DNA from: Macrostomum lignano | Taxonomy: Eukaryota | Assembly (NCBI GenBank): GCA_002269645.1 | Contig: NIVC01001189.1 | Location: 62,001 to 126,000, forward strand | Length of the DNA stretch: 64,000 nucleotides | Direction: 5' to 3' | Part shown: positions 23,041-37,700 of the stretch, one piece after another | Layout: every line of letters starts with the position of its first letter | How positions within the stretch are numbered: position 1 is the first letter of the stretch | Position numbers and translations under genes: made by a program | The notes under the pieces: model-generated | The model's input: the letters and a program-made list of their open reading frames with translations, nothing else | What the model was told of the DNA's origin: nothing | Database searches by the model: none

Positions 23041-26000
23041 TCAGTACACCACCCGGAACACACTGTACTTAGGATTGTCAAACACCCTCATCAGATGAGG
23101 CTGCAGCTGGTCCGGCCGGCTGGCCATGAGTTCGCACAGGACAGGCGAGTCTGGATTTTGAGCCTCTGTCCGCTCAAATATATCCGGCATTGAGCAGGGC
23201 CCGCGGCGGCAGTAGCCTTTCACTAGCAGGGTGTAGTTGACGCTTAGAGACTTTGCTGTGCGAGACCAGTCAGCCAGAGACAGGTGGCTATACATGCTGT
23301 ATACCTGCAAAGTCCAGTCATCATCAGCACAGGTGAGAGGGAAAGCGGGGAAGCGGCAGCCATCATCAGCACAGGTGAGAGGGGAAGCGGGGAAGCGGCA
23401 GCCATCATCAGCACAGGTGTGAGGGGAAGCGGCAGCCATTATCAGCACAGGTGAGAGGGAAAGCGGGGAAGCGGCAGCCATCATCAGCACAGGTGAGAGG
23501 GGAAGCGGGGAAGCGGCAGCCATCATCAGCACAGGTGAGAGGGGAAGCGGGGAAGCGGCAGCCATCATCAGCACAGGTGAGAGGGGAAGCGGGGAAGCGG
23601 CAGCCATCATCAGCACAGGTGAGAGGGGAAGCGGGGAAGCGGCAGCCATCATCAGCACAGGTGAGAGGGGAAGCGGGGAAGCGGCAGCCATCATCAGCAC
23701 AGGTGAGAGGGGAAGCGGGGAAGCGGCAGCCATCATCAGCACAGGTGAGAGGGGAAGCGGGGAAGCGGCAGCTATCATCAGCACAGGTGAGAGGGGAAGC
23801 GGGGAAGCGGCAGCCATCATCAGCACAGGTGAGAGGGGAAGCGGCAGCCATCATCAGCACAGGTGAGAGGGGAAGCGGCAGCCATCATCAGCACAGGTGA
23901 GAGGGGAAGCGGCAGCCATCATCAGCACAGGTGAGAGGGGAAGCGGCAGCCATCATCAGCACAGGTGTGAGGGGAAGCGGCAAATTTGAGGGGAATATCT
24001 GTTTACCCACCTGTTTAGTCCTTGCCCGCATCCCGGCGTCCTCATAATGCGGATGATTAACAATAGGCCGATCAGCAACCAATCGAACAGTGGCCGTCAC
24101 AGGCATGGTGCCGGCAAATGATTCGCCAGGCTTAGTACTGTCCCGGATCCAATAGACCAGCTGCTCGGTGTGCCAGTCGGAATACTCGCCGCTGATGCTC
24201 ATCTCGGCAGCATAGTTGGCGCTGCCCTGCCAGCCGGAGGCGCACAGCAGCAGCAGCAGCGCTGGCAGGCGCAGCCGGTTAGCCGCAGGCATTGGCAGAG
24301 CGGCAGCGTGCAGCACCAGCAGCGGAGTGAAGAACAGCTTGAGTCGCATTATGAGGCCGGCCAGCAGGCCGAAGCCAACCAGCTGGCAGGCGAGGGTCAC
24401 CGAGGCGGCGTCAACGCCGGGCGATTCTGTCGGCACGCAGACTGGCGGCTCCGGGCGGCCGAGCACCAGGCGGGCTCGGTACTGACGGCTGCGGGCGATC
24501 ACAAGCGCGGCAACCCGGTAGCAGACGTAGGCTAAGCTGGCTAATCCGGCAGGCAGCGCCAGAGTCTTGCTCAGCTCAATTAACGACTGGGGATCGTAGA
24601 AGTCAAACTCTTTGGCGCAGGTGTACATCATCGAGTGAAAGGTTCGGCCTGCGCTTAACTTGCTTAGTAAGATGTCCCACATGTGGCTGTCCTGAAGCGG
24701 TAAATTAGTTAGATTGCTCATCTCTGTTCGACACATCTTATATTTCTAATCAGTCATCTAACAACCCTAGTCTGCGTGAATCAGTCATCTAACAACCCCA
24801 GTCTGTGTGAATCAGTCATCTAACAACCCCAGTCTGTGTGAATCAGTCATCTAACAACCCCAGTCTGTGTGAATCAGTCATCTAACAACCCCAGTCTGTG
24901 TGAATCAGTCATCTAACAACCCCAGTCTGTGTGAATCAGTCATCTAACAACCCCAGTCTGTGTGAATCAGTCATCTAACAACCCCAGTCTATGTGAATCA
25001 GTCATCTAACAACCCCAGTCTGTGTGAATCAGTCATCTAACAACCCTAGTCTGTGTGAATCAGTCATCTAACAACCCCAGTCTGTGTGAATCAGTCATCT
25101 AACAACCCCAGTCTGTGTGAATCAGTCATCTAACAACCCCAGTCTATGTGAATCAGTCATCTAACAACCCCAGTCTGTGTGAATCAGTCATCTAACAACC
25201 CTAGTCTGTGTGAATCAGTCATCTAACAACCCCAGTCTGTGTGAATCAGTCATCTAACAACCCCAGTCTGTGTGAATCAGTCATCTAACAACCCCAGTCT
25301 GTGTGAATCAGTCATCTAACAACCCCAGTCTGTGTGAATCAGTCATCTAACAACCCCAGTCTGTGTGAATCAGTCATCTAACAACCCCAGTCTGTGAATC
25401 AGTCATCTAACAACCCCAGTCTGTGAATCAGTCATCTAACAACCCCAGTCTGTGTGAATCAGTCATCTAACAACCCCAGTCTGTGTGAATCAGTCATCTA
25501 ACAACCCCAGTCTGTGTGAATCAGTCATCTAACAACCCCAGTCTGTGTGAATCAGTCATCTAACAACCCCAGTCTGTGAATCAGTCATCTAACAACCCTA
25601 CTCTGCATGAATCAGTCATCTAACAACCCTAGTCTGTGTGAATCAGTCATCTAACAACCCCAGTCTGTGTGAATCAGTCATCTAACAACCCTACTCTGCA
25701 TGAATCAGTCATCTAACAACCCTACTCTGCATGAATCAGTCATCTAACAACCCCAGTCTGTGTGAATCAGTCATCTAACAACCCCAGTCTGTGTGAATCA
25801 GTCATCTAACAACCCCAGTCTGTGTGAATCAGTCATCTAACAACCCCAGTCTGTGTGAATCAGTCATCTAACAACCCCAGTCTGTGTGAATCAGTCATCT
25901 AACAACCCCAGTCTGTGTGAATCAGTGACCCCAAGGACAGTCTCACCTGTTCGGCGCCAAGCAGCCAGGCCAGGCCGGCCTTGGCCAGCAGGGTGCAGCA

Positions 26001-28004
26001 GAGCCAGAGCACAGGCAGGGCGGGCGCAGCGATGCACATGGGTGCCAGCCGGCTAATCAGCTGGTGCAGCTGCAACAGGGGCAGGGCGGTGAGCAGGGCG
26101 GAGCACAGCAGGCTGCTCACCAGCATAACGTTGCCGAATTGCAGAGCGAATGCCAGAGCCAGAGCCAGCAGCAGCGCCAGCATGGCTAGGCGGGTCAGCC
26201 TGTGACCAAGGTAGCCCAGCGCGTGGGCGCACAGCAGGGCGCCGGCCTCCACTAGCAGAGCAAATTGGGCAAACTGCCAAGGCAACAGAAACAGAAGAGC
26301 AGAGCCGGCCAGAAGCAGGACAGCAACAGATTTCGGCCGTTCCTCTGTGCCGCCGCGGCGAAGAAAATTCAACAGACAAATCTGGTGCAGCACCAGCAGA
26401 GGGAAGCTGAAACTCTCGCGCAGGGTTGGCGTCCATTGCACCCGGGTGCACTCTCGGTGGTTGCCTAGGTAACCGACTGTAGCTATGACGCCAGACAGGG
26501 GGCAGGGCCGATCCTCAGGCCGGGCATAGCTGGCCAGCAGGGCCAGGCCAGCGGCGGTGAGTCCGCTCAGCAGGTAGACAACTTCAACGTAGAAGTACAT
26601 CGGCTCGCCAATGCCTTCGCAGCTTTGCACGGGCGGCATATCCGAGCCCCGATTTACCTGACAGAGTTCAATAATTTCGATTTTGAATTCGTCGAAAAAT
26701 TTCGATCTTGTGAAGTTTCAATCTTACGAAATTCCCACTTTATAACATGGTCTTCTGTGACATACGTGACTGTACGAAACGTACTTACCAATTTCTTCAA
26801 AGAAGCCACGCTTTATCATACTACTAAATTAAGTAGCTAAATGCAATCTTATTGTATTACAAGCCTATCGTGAAGAGGATTCTAAGCTACTCTGTAAGTA
26901 GTATATACTTTGAGGATGGGTTGTAGCTTAGTGGTTAGAGCGTCGGACTCACGACTTGAAGGTCGGGGGTTTGATTCTGGACCCACTCGGAACAATTTGT
27001 GTCTTTGAGCAAGACACTTAACTCTGCATTGCTTCAGTTCACCCAGCTGTAAAATGGGTGCCAGCATTAGCTGGGGTAATTGAAGGTGTGTGGCGACCCC
27101 CCAGTCCTTGGACTGAACAGCCGTACGCAGCCTTCAGATGCGCCGCGCAAATAGCTGCGGCTGAGCTGTCGGTTGCGCATCTGCTATTTGGGGCAGGTTT
27201 AATCAAGTATTATTATTATTATCATTAATATATATTCATGCATCCTTTCTAGTAGGCAATCGGCCACTTAAACAGAAAATCTATAAGGATAGCGATTGCT
27301 TAAGAGCCAAAGCAAGACTACTCATAAGAGCTCTCAGTAGTAGCTTGCATTTAAATCAGCAGTGATCCGAATTTGCTCAACAGATGTTATAAGAACGAGC
27401 AATATACTAACTAGTGTTACTTCACAGATGGTAAAGTAAACAGCCGAAGTAACTATAAACATAAATAGATACCCTAATACAGGGTCACCTAATTTAGCAA
27501 CGGTAAATAGAAATACAGTGCAAGCTCGCTCACCTGATAGCAGTCCCTGGTGCGCCAGCCGAACTGCTGGGCTAGTCCAGCATAAACTCGGTACATTGCG
27601 CCGATGCAGAGCTCCGGATAGAGATTGAACCTGCGCAGGGCATTAATAGTGTCGGGATGCTCGGACAACGTGTCGCTTAGCAACAGACGGACGCCATCAA
27701 ACAGGGTGGGCGCTTCGACAACCTGTTTGAAAAAGCTATAGTAGAATCCCAGCTCGCTAGTTAGAAACATCTCACGCTCGATGGTTGCCAAATGGGAAAA
27801 ATGTATGTGATTCTCCCACATGCGAGAGTTCATTCTGTAGGTGAAATAACCTGCCGCAATGGCAACCAGGCATGTCAGTGCAAAGCTGCTTCGCCAGCTG
27901 AGAAAGCCACTACCGCTGGAAGCTTGCTCCGTCTTGTCCGGCTTTACTTCGTGGTGCTGTTGCAGCTTCGGCTGCTGCTGTTTGCGCCTTTGGCGAGCTG
28001 ACAT
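23041..28004 (-). CDS. DPY19L: DPY19-like tryptophan C-mannosyltransferase, ~708 aa, 4 exons
   Basis: Exons 28004-27534, 26657-25947, 24691-24011, 23304-23041 (2127 nt, all phase 0). Motifs HFSHLATIEREM, ELGFYYSFFK, NALRRFNLYPE, ECTRVQWTPTLRESFSFP, TCAKEFDF, RPIVNHPHYEDAGMRART; multiple TM segments. Confidence 0.94.
23317..23985. repeat. Intronic minisatellite, 42 bp unit with 33 bp variants (CAGCCATCATCAGCACAGGTGAGAGGGGAAGCGGGGAAGCGG)
   Basis: Fills nearly all of DPY19 intron 23305-24010. Confidence 0.95.
24748..25925. repeat. Intronic minisatellite, 31 bp unit (GAATCAGTCATCTAACAACCCCAGTCTGTGT), ~38 copies
   Basis: Fills nearly all of DPY19 intron 24692-25946. Confidence 0.96.
26913..27225 (+). 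mobile_element. tRNA-derived CORE-type SINE family B, copy 2
   Basis: GTAGCTTAGTGGTTAGAGC (A box), GGTTTGATTC (B box), TGTGTCTTTGAGCAAGACACTTAACTCTGCATTGCTTCAGTTCACCCAGCTGTAAAATGGG (similar to the MIR/CORE core) and a (TAT)n tail. Confidence 0.87.
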
Positions 28005-28727
28005 GGCTGGCTAACAGACTGCAAGTTGAAGTGGATTTATCAACTCATTAAAACTTAAAATATGGTCACGCGGCTTAAGCAGACGGGATTTAATAGGCAA
28101 GTCAAGGAAAACTCAAATTGATACTAAAAACCCAAAGTTTTCATTATTCATTAACACTTTTTATAGCTTGCTTCTCAATCCCATCTAAACATATGTTACT
28201 ACTATAAACATTACAATAACTTGTAATTGTCACTCACGATTAGCATCTAGCTATCACAGCCTTACCCAAGGTGTAGAAGGTAAAGTTGAAATCGGTGTAG
28301 AAATCAGAACTATCTAGATTTAGTAATCTAGATAAAATTGCCTTAAATAGAACATTTCTATGAACCACAGGTCCTATATAAGATAACTATAGCAGCAGAT
28401 AACTATATAAGAAATAAAACATTTCGTGATACTTTGTACTTCTACTACAAAGAAGTACATTCAAACTTATACATAGAGATCTAATAATAAAGATACTTAA
28501 AGGGGAACTCTAAAGAATAAAAATAATAACTGTTATGAACCTCTTCTAGTCCAGGGAATTCCATGACTGGCTGAACAATGTTTGAGCTGCTCTCCCCTAG
28601 ACACCTAAACACCACTATGCCCTGCTTCTCAAGCTAGCTGCTGAGAGTGACATGCCAGTCATTAAGCCAGCAAGGCATGAGCAGACTCAGTGCCTGCAGT
28701 CTAACTTTATTAGCCAATAGCAAGCTA

Positions 28728-31700
28728 GCTTGGCAGAGCATGAAATCATTATTCATTTTGATTACAGCAAAAATTATTCCTGCTCCCACCAAGATACCAT
28801 GCAATTGGTATATTTGTACCAAAATCAAGCTTGGCAGAGCATGAAATCATTATTCATTTTGATTACAGCAAAAATTATTCCTGCTCCCACCAAGATACCA
28901 TGCAATTGGTATATTTGTACCAAAATCAAGCTTGGCAGAGCATGAAATCATTATTCATTTTGATTACAGCAAAAATTATTCCTGCTCCCACCAAGATACC
29001 ATGCAATTGGTATATTTGTACCAAAATCAAGCTTGGCAGAGCATGAAATCATTATTCATTTTGATTACAGTAAAAATTATTCCTGCTCCCACCAAGATAC
29101 CATGCAATTGGTATATTTGTACCAAAATCAAGCTTGGCAGAGCATGAAATCATTATTCATTTTGATTACAGTAAAAATTATTCCTGCTCCCACCAAGATA
29201 CCATGCAATTGGTATATTTGTACCAAAATCAAGCTTGGCAGAGCATGAAATCATTATTCATTTTGATTACAGTAAAAATTATTCCTGCTCCCACCAAGAT
29301 ACCATGCAATTGGTATATTTGTACCAAAATCAAGCTTGGCAGAGCATGAAATCATTATTCATTTTGATTACAGTAAAAATTATTCCTGCTCCCACCAAGA
29401 TACCATGCAATTGGTATATTTGTACCAAAATCAAGCTTGGCAGAGCATGAAATCATTATTCATTTTGATTACAGTAAAAATTATTCCTGCTCCCACCAAG
29501 ATACCATGCAATTGGTATATTTGTACCAAAATCAAGCTTGGCAGAGCATGAAATCATTATTCATTTTGATTACAGTAAAAATTATTCCTGCTCCCACCAA
29601 GATACCATGCAATTGGTATATTTGTACCAAAATCAAGCTTGGCAGAGCATGAAATCATTATTCATTTTGATTACAGTAAAAATTATTCCTGCTCCCACCA
29701 AGATACCATGCAATTGGTATATTTGTACCAAAATCAAGCTTGGCAGAGCATGAAATCATTATTCATTTTGATTACAGTAAAAATTATTCCTGCTCCCACC
29801 AAGATACCATGCAATTGGTATATTTGTACCAAAATCAAGCTTGGCAGAGCATGAAATCATTATTCATTTTGATTACAGTAAAAATTATTCCTGCTCCCAC
29901 CAAGATACCATGCAATTGGTATATTTGTACCAAAATCAAGCTTGGCAGAGCATGAAATCATTATTCATTTTGATTACAGTAAAAATTATTCCTGCTCCCA
30001 CCAAGATACCATGCAATTGGTATATTTGTACCAAAATCAAGCTTGGCAGAGCATGAAATCATTATTCATTTTGATTACAGTAAAAATTATTCCTGCTCCC
30101 ACCAAGATACCATGCAATTGGTATATTTGTACCAAAATCAAGCTTGGCAGAGCATGAAATCATTATTCATTTTGATTACAGTAAAAATTATTCCTGCTCC
30201 CACCAAGATACCATGCAATTGGTATATTTGTACCAAAATCAAGCTTGGCAGAGCATGAAATCATTATTCATTTTGATTACAGTAAAAATTATTCCTGCTC
30301 CCACCAAGATACCATGCAATTGGTATATTTGTACCAAAATCAAGCTTGGCAGAGCATGAAATCATTATTCATTTTGATTACAGTAAAAATTATTCCTGCT
30401 CCCACCAAGATACCATGCAATTGGTATATTTGTACCAAAATCAAGCTTGGCAGAGCATGAAATCATTATTCATTTTGATTACAGTAAAAATTATTCCTGC
30501 TCCCACCAAGATACCATGCAATTGGTATATTTGTACCAAAATCAAGCTTGGCAGAGCATGAAATCATTATTCATTTTGATTACAGCAAAAATTATTCCTG
30601 CTCCCACCAAGATACCATGCAATTGGTATATTTGTACCAAAATCAAGCTTGGCAGAGCATGAAATCATTATTCATTTTGATTACAGTAAAAATTATTCCT
30701 GCTCCCACCAAGATACCATGCAATTGGTATATTTGTACCAAAATCAAGCTTGGCAGAGCATGAAATCATTATTCATTTTGATTACAGTAAAAATTATTCC
30801 TGCTCCCACCAAGATACCATGCAATTGGTATATTTGTACCAAAATCAAGCTTGGCAGAGCATGAAATCATTATTCATTTTGATTACAGTAAAAATTATTC
30901 CTGCTCCCACCAAGATACCATGCAATTGGTATATTTGTACCAAAATCAAGCTTGGCAGAGCATGAAATCATTATTCATTTTGATTACAGTAAAAATTATT
31001 CCTGCTCCCACCAAGATACCATGCAATTGGTATATTTGTACCAAAATCAAGCTTGGCAGAGCATGAAATCATTATTCATTTTGATTACAGTAAAAATTAT
31101 TCCTGCTCCCACCAAGATACCATGCAATTGGTATATTTGTACCAAAATCAAGCTTGGCAGAGCATGAAATCATTATTCATTTTGATTACAGTAAAAATTA
31201 TTCCTGCTCCCACCAAGATACCATGCAATTGGTATATTTGTACCAAAATCAAGCTTGGCAGAGCATGAAATCATTATTCATTTTGATTACAGTAAAAATT
31301 ATTCCTGCTCCCACCAAGATACCATGCAATTGGTATATTTGTACCAAAATCAAGCTTGGCAGAGCATGAAATCATTATTCATTTTGATTACAGTAAAAAT
31401 TATTCCTGCTCCCACCAAGATACCATGCAATTGGTATATTTGTACCAAAATCAAGCTTGGCAGAGCATGAAATCATTATTCATTTTGATTACAGTAAAAA
31501 TTATTCTGCTCCCACCAAGATACCATGCAATTGGTATATTTGTACCAAAATCAAGCTTGGCAGAGCATGAAATCATTATTCATTTTGATTACAGTAAAAA
31601 TTATTCCTGCTCCCACCAAGATACCATGCAATTGGTATATTTGTACCAAAATCAAGCTTGGCAGAGCATGAAATCATTATTCATTTTGATTACAGTAAAA

Positions 31701-34700
31701 ATTATTCCTGCTCCCACCAAGATACCATGCAATTGGTATATTTGTACCAAAATCAAGCTTGGCAGAGCATGAAATCATTATTCATTTTGATTACAGTAAA
31801 AATTATTCCTGCTCCCACCAAGATACCATGCAATTGGTATATTTGTACCAAAATCAAGCTTGGCAGAGCATGAAATCATTATTCATTTTGATTACAGTAA
31901 AAATTATTCCTGCTCCCACCAAGATACCATGCAATTGGTATATTTGTACCAAAATCAAGCTTGGCAGAGCATGAAATCATTATTCATTTTGATTACAGTA
32001 AAAATTATTCCTGCTCCCACCAAGATACCATGCAATTGGTATATTTGTACCAAAATCAAGCTTGGCAGAGCATGAAATCATTATTCATTTTGATTACAGT
32101 AAAAATTATTCCTGCTCCCACCAAGATACCATGCAATTGGTATATTTGTACCAAAATCAAGCTTGGCAGAGCATGAAATCATTATTCATTTTGATTACAG
32201 TAAAAATTATTCCTGCTCCCACCAAGATACCATGCAATTGGTATATTTGTACCAAAATCAAGCTTGGCAGAGCATGAAATCATTATTCATTTTGATTACA
32301 GTAAAAATTATTCCTGCTCCCACCAAGATACCATGCAATTGGTATATTTGTACCAAAATCAAGCTTGGCAGAGCATGAAATCATTATTCATTTTGATTAC
32401 AGTAAAAATTATTCCTGCTCCCACCAAGATACCATGCAATTGGTATATTTGTACCAAAATCAAGCTTGGCAGAGCATGAAATCATTATTCATTTTGATTA
32501 CAGTAAAAATTATTCCTGCTCCCACCAAGATACCATGCAATTGGTATATTTGTACCAAAATCAAGCTTGGCAGAGCATGAAATCATTATTCATTTTGATT
32601 ACAGTAAAAATTATTCCTGCTCCCACCAAGATACCATGCAATTGGTATATTTGTACCAAAATCAAGCTTGGCAGAGCATGAAATCATTATTCATTTTGAT
32701 TACAGTAAAAATTATTCCTGCTCCCACCAAGATACCATGCAATTGGTATATTTGTACCAAAATCAAGCTTGGCAGAGCATGAAATCATTATTCATTTTGA
32801 TTACAGTAAAAATTATTCCTGCTCCCACCAAGATACCATGCAATTGGTATATTTGTACCAAAATCAAGCTTGGCAGAGCATGAAATCATTATTCATTTTG
32901 ATTACAGTAAAAATTATTCCTGCTCCCACCAAGATACCATGCAATTGGTATATTTGTACCAAAATCAAGCTTGGCAGAGCATGAAATCATTATTCATTTT
33001 GATTACAGTAAAAATTATTCCTGCTCCCACCAAGATACCATGCAATTGGTATATTTGTACCAAAATCAAGCTTGGCAGAGCATGAAATCATTATTCATTT
33101 TGATTACAGTAAAAATTATTCCTGCTCCCACCAAGATACCATGCAATTGGTATATTTGTACCAAAATCAAGCTTGGCAGAGCATGAAATCATTATTCATT
33201 TTGATTACAGTAAAAATTATTCCTGCTCCCACCAAGATACCATGCAATTGGTATATTTGTACCAAAATCAAGCTTGGCAGAGCATGAAATCATTATTCAT
33301 TTTGATTACAGTAAAAATTATTCCTGCTCCCACCAAGATACCATGCAATTGGTATATTTGTACCAAAATCAAGCTTGGCAGAGCATGAAATCATTATTCA
33401 TTTTGATTACAGTAAAAATTATTCCTGCTCCCACCAAGATACCATGCAATTGGTATATTTGTACCAAAATCAAGCTTGGCAGAGCATGAAATCATTATTC
33501 ATTTTGATTACAGTAAAAATTATTCCTGCTCCCACCAAGATACCATGCAATTGGTATATTTGTACCAAAATCAAGCTTGGCAGAGCATGAAATCATTATT
33601 CATTTTGATTACAGTAAAAATTATTCCTGCTCCCACCAAGATACCATGCAATTGGTATATTTGTACCAAAATCAAGCTTGGCAGAGCATGAAATCATTAT
33701 TCATTTTGATTACAGTAAAAATTATTCCTGCTCCCACCAAGATACCATGCAATTGGTATATTTGTACCAAAATCAAGCTTGGCAGAGCATGAAATCATTA
33801 TTCATTTTGATTACAGTAAAAATTATTCCTGCTCCCACCAAGATACCATGCAATTGGTATATTTGTACCAAAATCAAGCTTGGCAGAGCATGAAATCATT
33901 ATTCATTTTGATTACAGTAAAAATTATTCCTGCTCCCACCAAGATACCATGCAATTGGTATATTTGTACCAAAATCAAGCTTGGCAGAGCATGAAATCAT
34001 TATTCATTTTGATTACAGTAAAAATTATTCCTGCTCCCACCAAGATACCATGCAATTGGTATATTTGTACCAAAATCAAGCTTGGCAGAGCATGAAATCA
34101 TTATTCATTTTGATTACAGTAAAAATTATTCCTGCTCCCACCAAGATACCATGCAATTGGTATATTTGTACCAAAATCAAGCTTGGCAGAGCATGAAATC
34201 ATTATTCATTTTGATTACAGTAAAAATTATTCCTGCTCCCACCAAGATACCATGCAATTGGTATATTTGTACCAAAATCAAGCTTGGCAGAGCATGAAAT
34301 CATTATTCATTTTGATTACAGTAAAAATTATTCCTGCTCCCACCAAGATACCATGCAATTGGTATATTTGTACCAAAATCAAGCTTGGCAGAGCATGAAA
34401 TCATTATTCATTTTGATTACAGTAAAAATTATTCCTGCTCCCACCAAGATACCATGCAATTGGTATATTTGTACCAAAATCAAGCTTGGCAGAGCATGAA
34501 ATCATTATTCATTTTGATTACAGTAAAAATTATTCCTGCTCCCACCAAGATACCATGCAATTGGTATATTTGTACCAAAATCAAGCTTGGCAGAGCATGA
34601 AATCATTATTCATTTTGATTACAGTAAAAATTATTCCTGCTCCCACCAAGATACCATGCAATTGGTATATTTGTACCAAAATCAAGCTTGGCAGAGCATG

Positions 34701-37700
34701 AAATCATTATTCATTTTGATTACAGTAAAAATTATTCCTGCTCCCACCAAGATACCATGCAATTGGTATATTTGTACCAAAATCAAGCTTGGCAGAGCAT
34801 GAAATCATTATTCATTTTGATTACAGTAAAAATTATTCCTGCTCCCACCAAGATACCATGCAATTGGTATATTTGTACCAAAATCAAGCTTGGCAGAGCA
34901 TGAAATCATTATTCATTTTGATTACAGTAAAAATTATTCCTGCTCCCACCAAGATACCATGCAATTGGTATATTTGTACCAAAATCAAGCTTGGCAGAGC
35001 ATGAAATCATTATTCATTTTGATTACAGTAAAAATTATTCCTGCTCCCACCAAGATACCATGCAATTGGTATATTTGTACCAAAATCAAGCTTGGCAGAG
35101 CATGAAATCATTATTCATTTTGATTACAGTAAAAATTATTCCTGCTCCCACCAAGATACCATGCAATTGGTATATTTGTACCAAAATCAAGCTTGGCAGA
35201 GCATGAAATCATTATTCATTTTGATTACAGTAAAAATTATTCCTGCTCCCACCAAGATACCATGCAATTGGTATATTTGTACCAAAATCAAGCTTGGCAG
35301 AGCATGAAATCATTATTCATTTTGATTACAGTAAAAATTATTCCTGCTCCCACCAAGATACCATGCAATTGGTATATTTGTACCAAAATCAAGCTTGGCA
35401 GAGCATGAAATCATTATTCATTTTGATTACAGTAAAAATTATTCCTGCTCCCACCAAGATACCATGCAATTGGTATATTTGTACCAAAATCAAGCTTGGC
35501 AGAGCATGAAATCATTATTCATTTTGATTACAGTAAAAATTATTCCTGCTCCCACCAAGATACCATGCAATTGGTATATTTGTACCAAAATCAAGCTTGG
35601 CAGAGCATGAAATCATTATTCATTTTGATTACAGTAAAAATTATTCCTGCTCCCACCAAGATACCATGCAATTGGTATATTTGTACCAAAATCAAGCTTG
35701 GCAGAGCATGAAATCATTATTCATTTTGATTACAGTAAAAATTATTCCTGCTCCCACCAAGATACCATGCAATTGGTATATTTGTACCAAAATCAAGCTT
35801 GGCAGAGCATGAAATCATTATTCATTTTGATTACAGTAAAAATTATTCCTGCTCCCACCAAGATACCATGCAATTGGTATATTTGTACCAAAATCAAGCT
35901 TGGCAGAGCATGAAATCATTATTCATTTTGATTACAGTAAAAATTATTCCTGCTCCCACCAAGATACCATGCAATTGGTATATTTGTACCAAAATCAAGC
36001 TTGGCAGAGCATGAAATCATTATTCATTTTGATTACAGTAAAAATTATTCCTGCTCCCACCAAGATACCATGCAATTGGTATATTTGTACCAAAATCAAG
36101 CTTGGCAGAGCATGAAATCATTATTCATTTTGATTACAGTAAAAATTATTCCTGCTCCCACCAAGATACCATGCAATTGGTATATTTGTACCAAAATCAA
36201 GCTTGGTAGAGCATGAAATCATTATTCATTTTGATTACAGTAAAAATTATTCCTGCTCCCACCAAGATACCATGCAATTGGTATATTTGTACCAAAATCA
36301 AGCTTGGTAGAGCATGAAATCATTATTCATTTTGATTACAGTAAAAATTATTCCTGCTCCCACCAAGATACCATGCAATTGGTATATTTGTACCAAAATC
36401 AAGCTTGGCAGAGCATGAAATCATTATTCATTTTGATTACAGTAAAAATTATTCCTGCTCCCACCAAGATACCATGCAATTGGTATATTTGTACCAAAAT
36501 CAAGCTTGGCAGAGCATGAAATCATTATTCATTTTGATTACAGTAAAAATTATTCCTGCTCCCACCAAGATACCATGCAATTGGTATATTTGTACCAAAA
36601 TCAAGCTTGGCAGAGCATGAAATCATTATTCATTTTGATTACAGTAAAAATTATTCCTGCTCCCACCAAGATACCATGCAATTGGTATATTTGTACCAAA
36701 ATCAAGCTTGGCAGAGCATGAAATCATTATTCATTTTGATTACAGTAAAAATTATTCCTGCTCCCACCAAGATACCATGCAATTGGTATATTTGTACCAA
36801 AATCAAGCTTAGCAGAGCATGAAATCATTATTCATTTTGATTACAGTAAAAATTATTCCTGCTCCCACCAAGATACCATGCAATTGGTATATTTGTACCA
36901 AAATCAAGCTTGCAGAGCATGAAATCATTATTCATTTTGATTACAGTAAAAATTATTCCTGCTCCCACCAAGATACCATGCAATTGGTATATTTGTACCA
37001 AAATCAAGCTTGGCAGAGCATGAAATCATTATTCATTTTGATTACAGTAAAAATTATTCCTGCTCCCACCAAGATACCATGCAATTGGTATATTTGTACC
37101 AAAATCAAGCTTGGCAGAGCATGAAATCATTATTCATTTTGATTACAGTAAAAATTATTCCTGCTCCCACCAAGATACCATGCAATTGGTATATTTGTAC
37201 CAAAATCAAGCTTGGCAGAGCATGAAATCATTATTCATTTTGATTACAGTAAAAATTATTCCTGCTCCCACCAAGATACCATGCAATTGGTATATTTGTA
37301 CCAAAATCAAGCTTGGCAGAGCATGAAATCATTATTCATTTTGATTACAGTAAAAATTATTCCTGCTCCCACCAAGATACCATGCAATTGGTATATTTGT
37401 ACCAAAATCAAGCTTGGCAGAGCATGAAATCATTATTCATTTTGATTACAGTAAAAATTATTCCTGCTCCCACCAAGATACCATGCAATTGGTATATTTG
37501 TACCAAAATCAAGCTTGGCAGAGCATGAAATCATTATTCATTTTGATTACAGTAAAAATTATTCCTGCTCCCACCAAGATACCATGCAATTGGTATATTT
37601 GTACCAAAATCAAGCTTGGTAGAGCATGAAATCATTATTCATTTTGATTACAGTAAAAATTATTCCTGCTCCCACCAAGATACCATGCAATTGGTATATT

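Noticed and set aside
2625-27225. tRNA genes at the SINE heads
   Set aside because: A and B boxes are present but I could not fold a complete cloverleaf, and each continues into a shared repeat body and tail, so they are SINEs.
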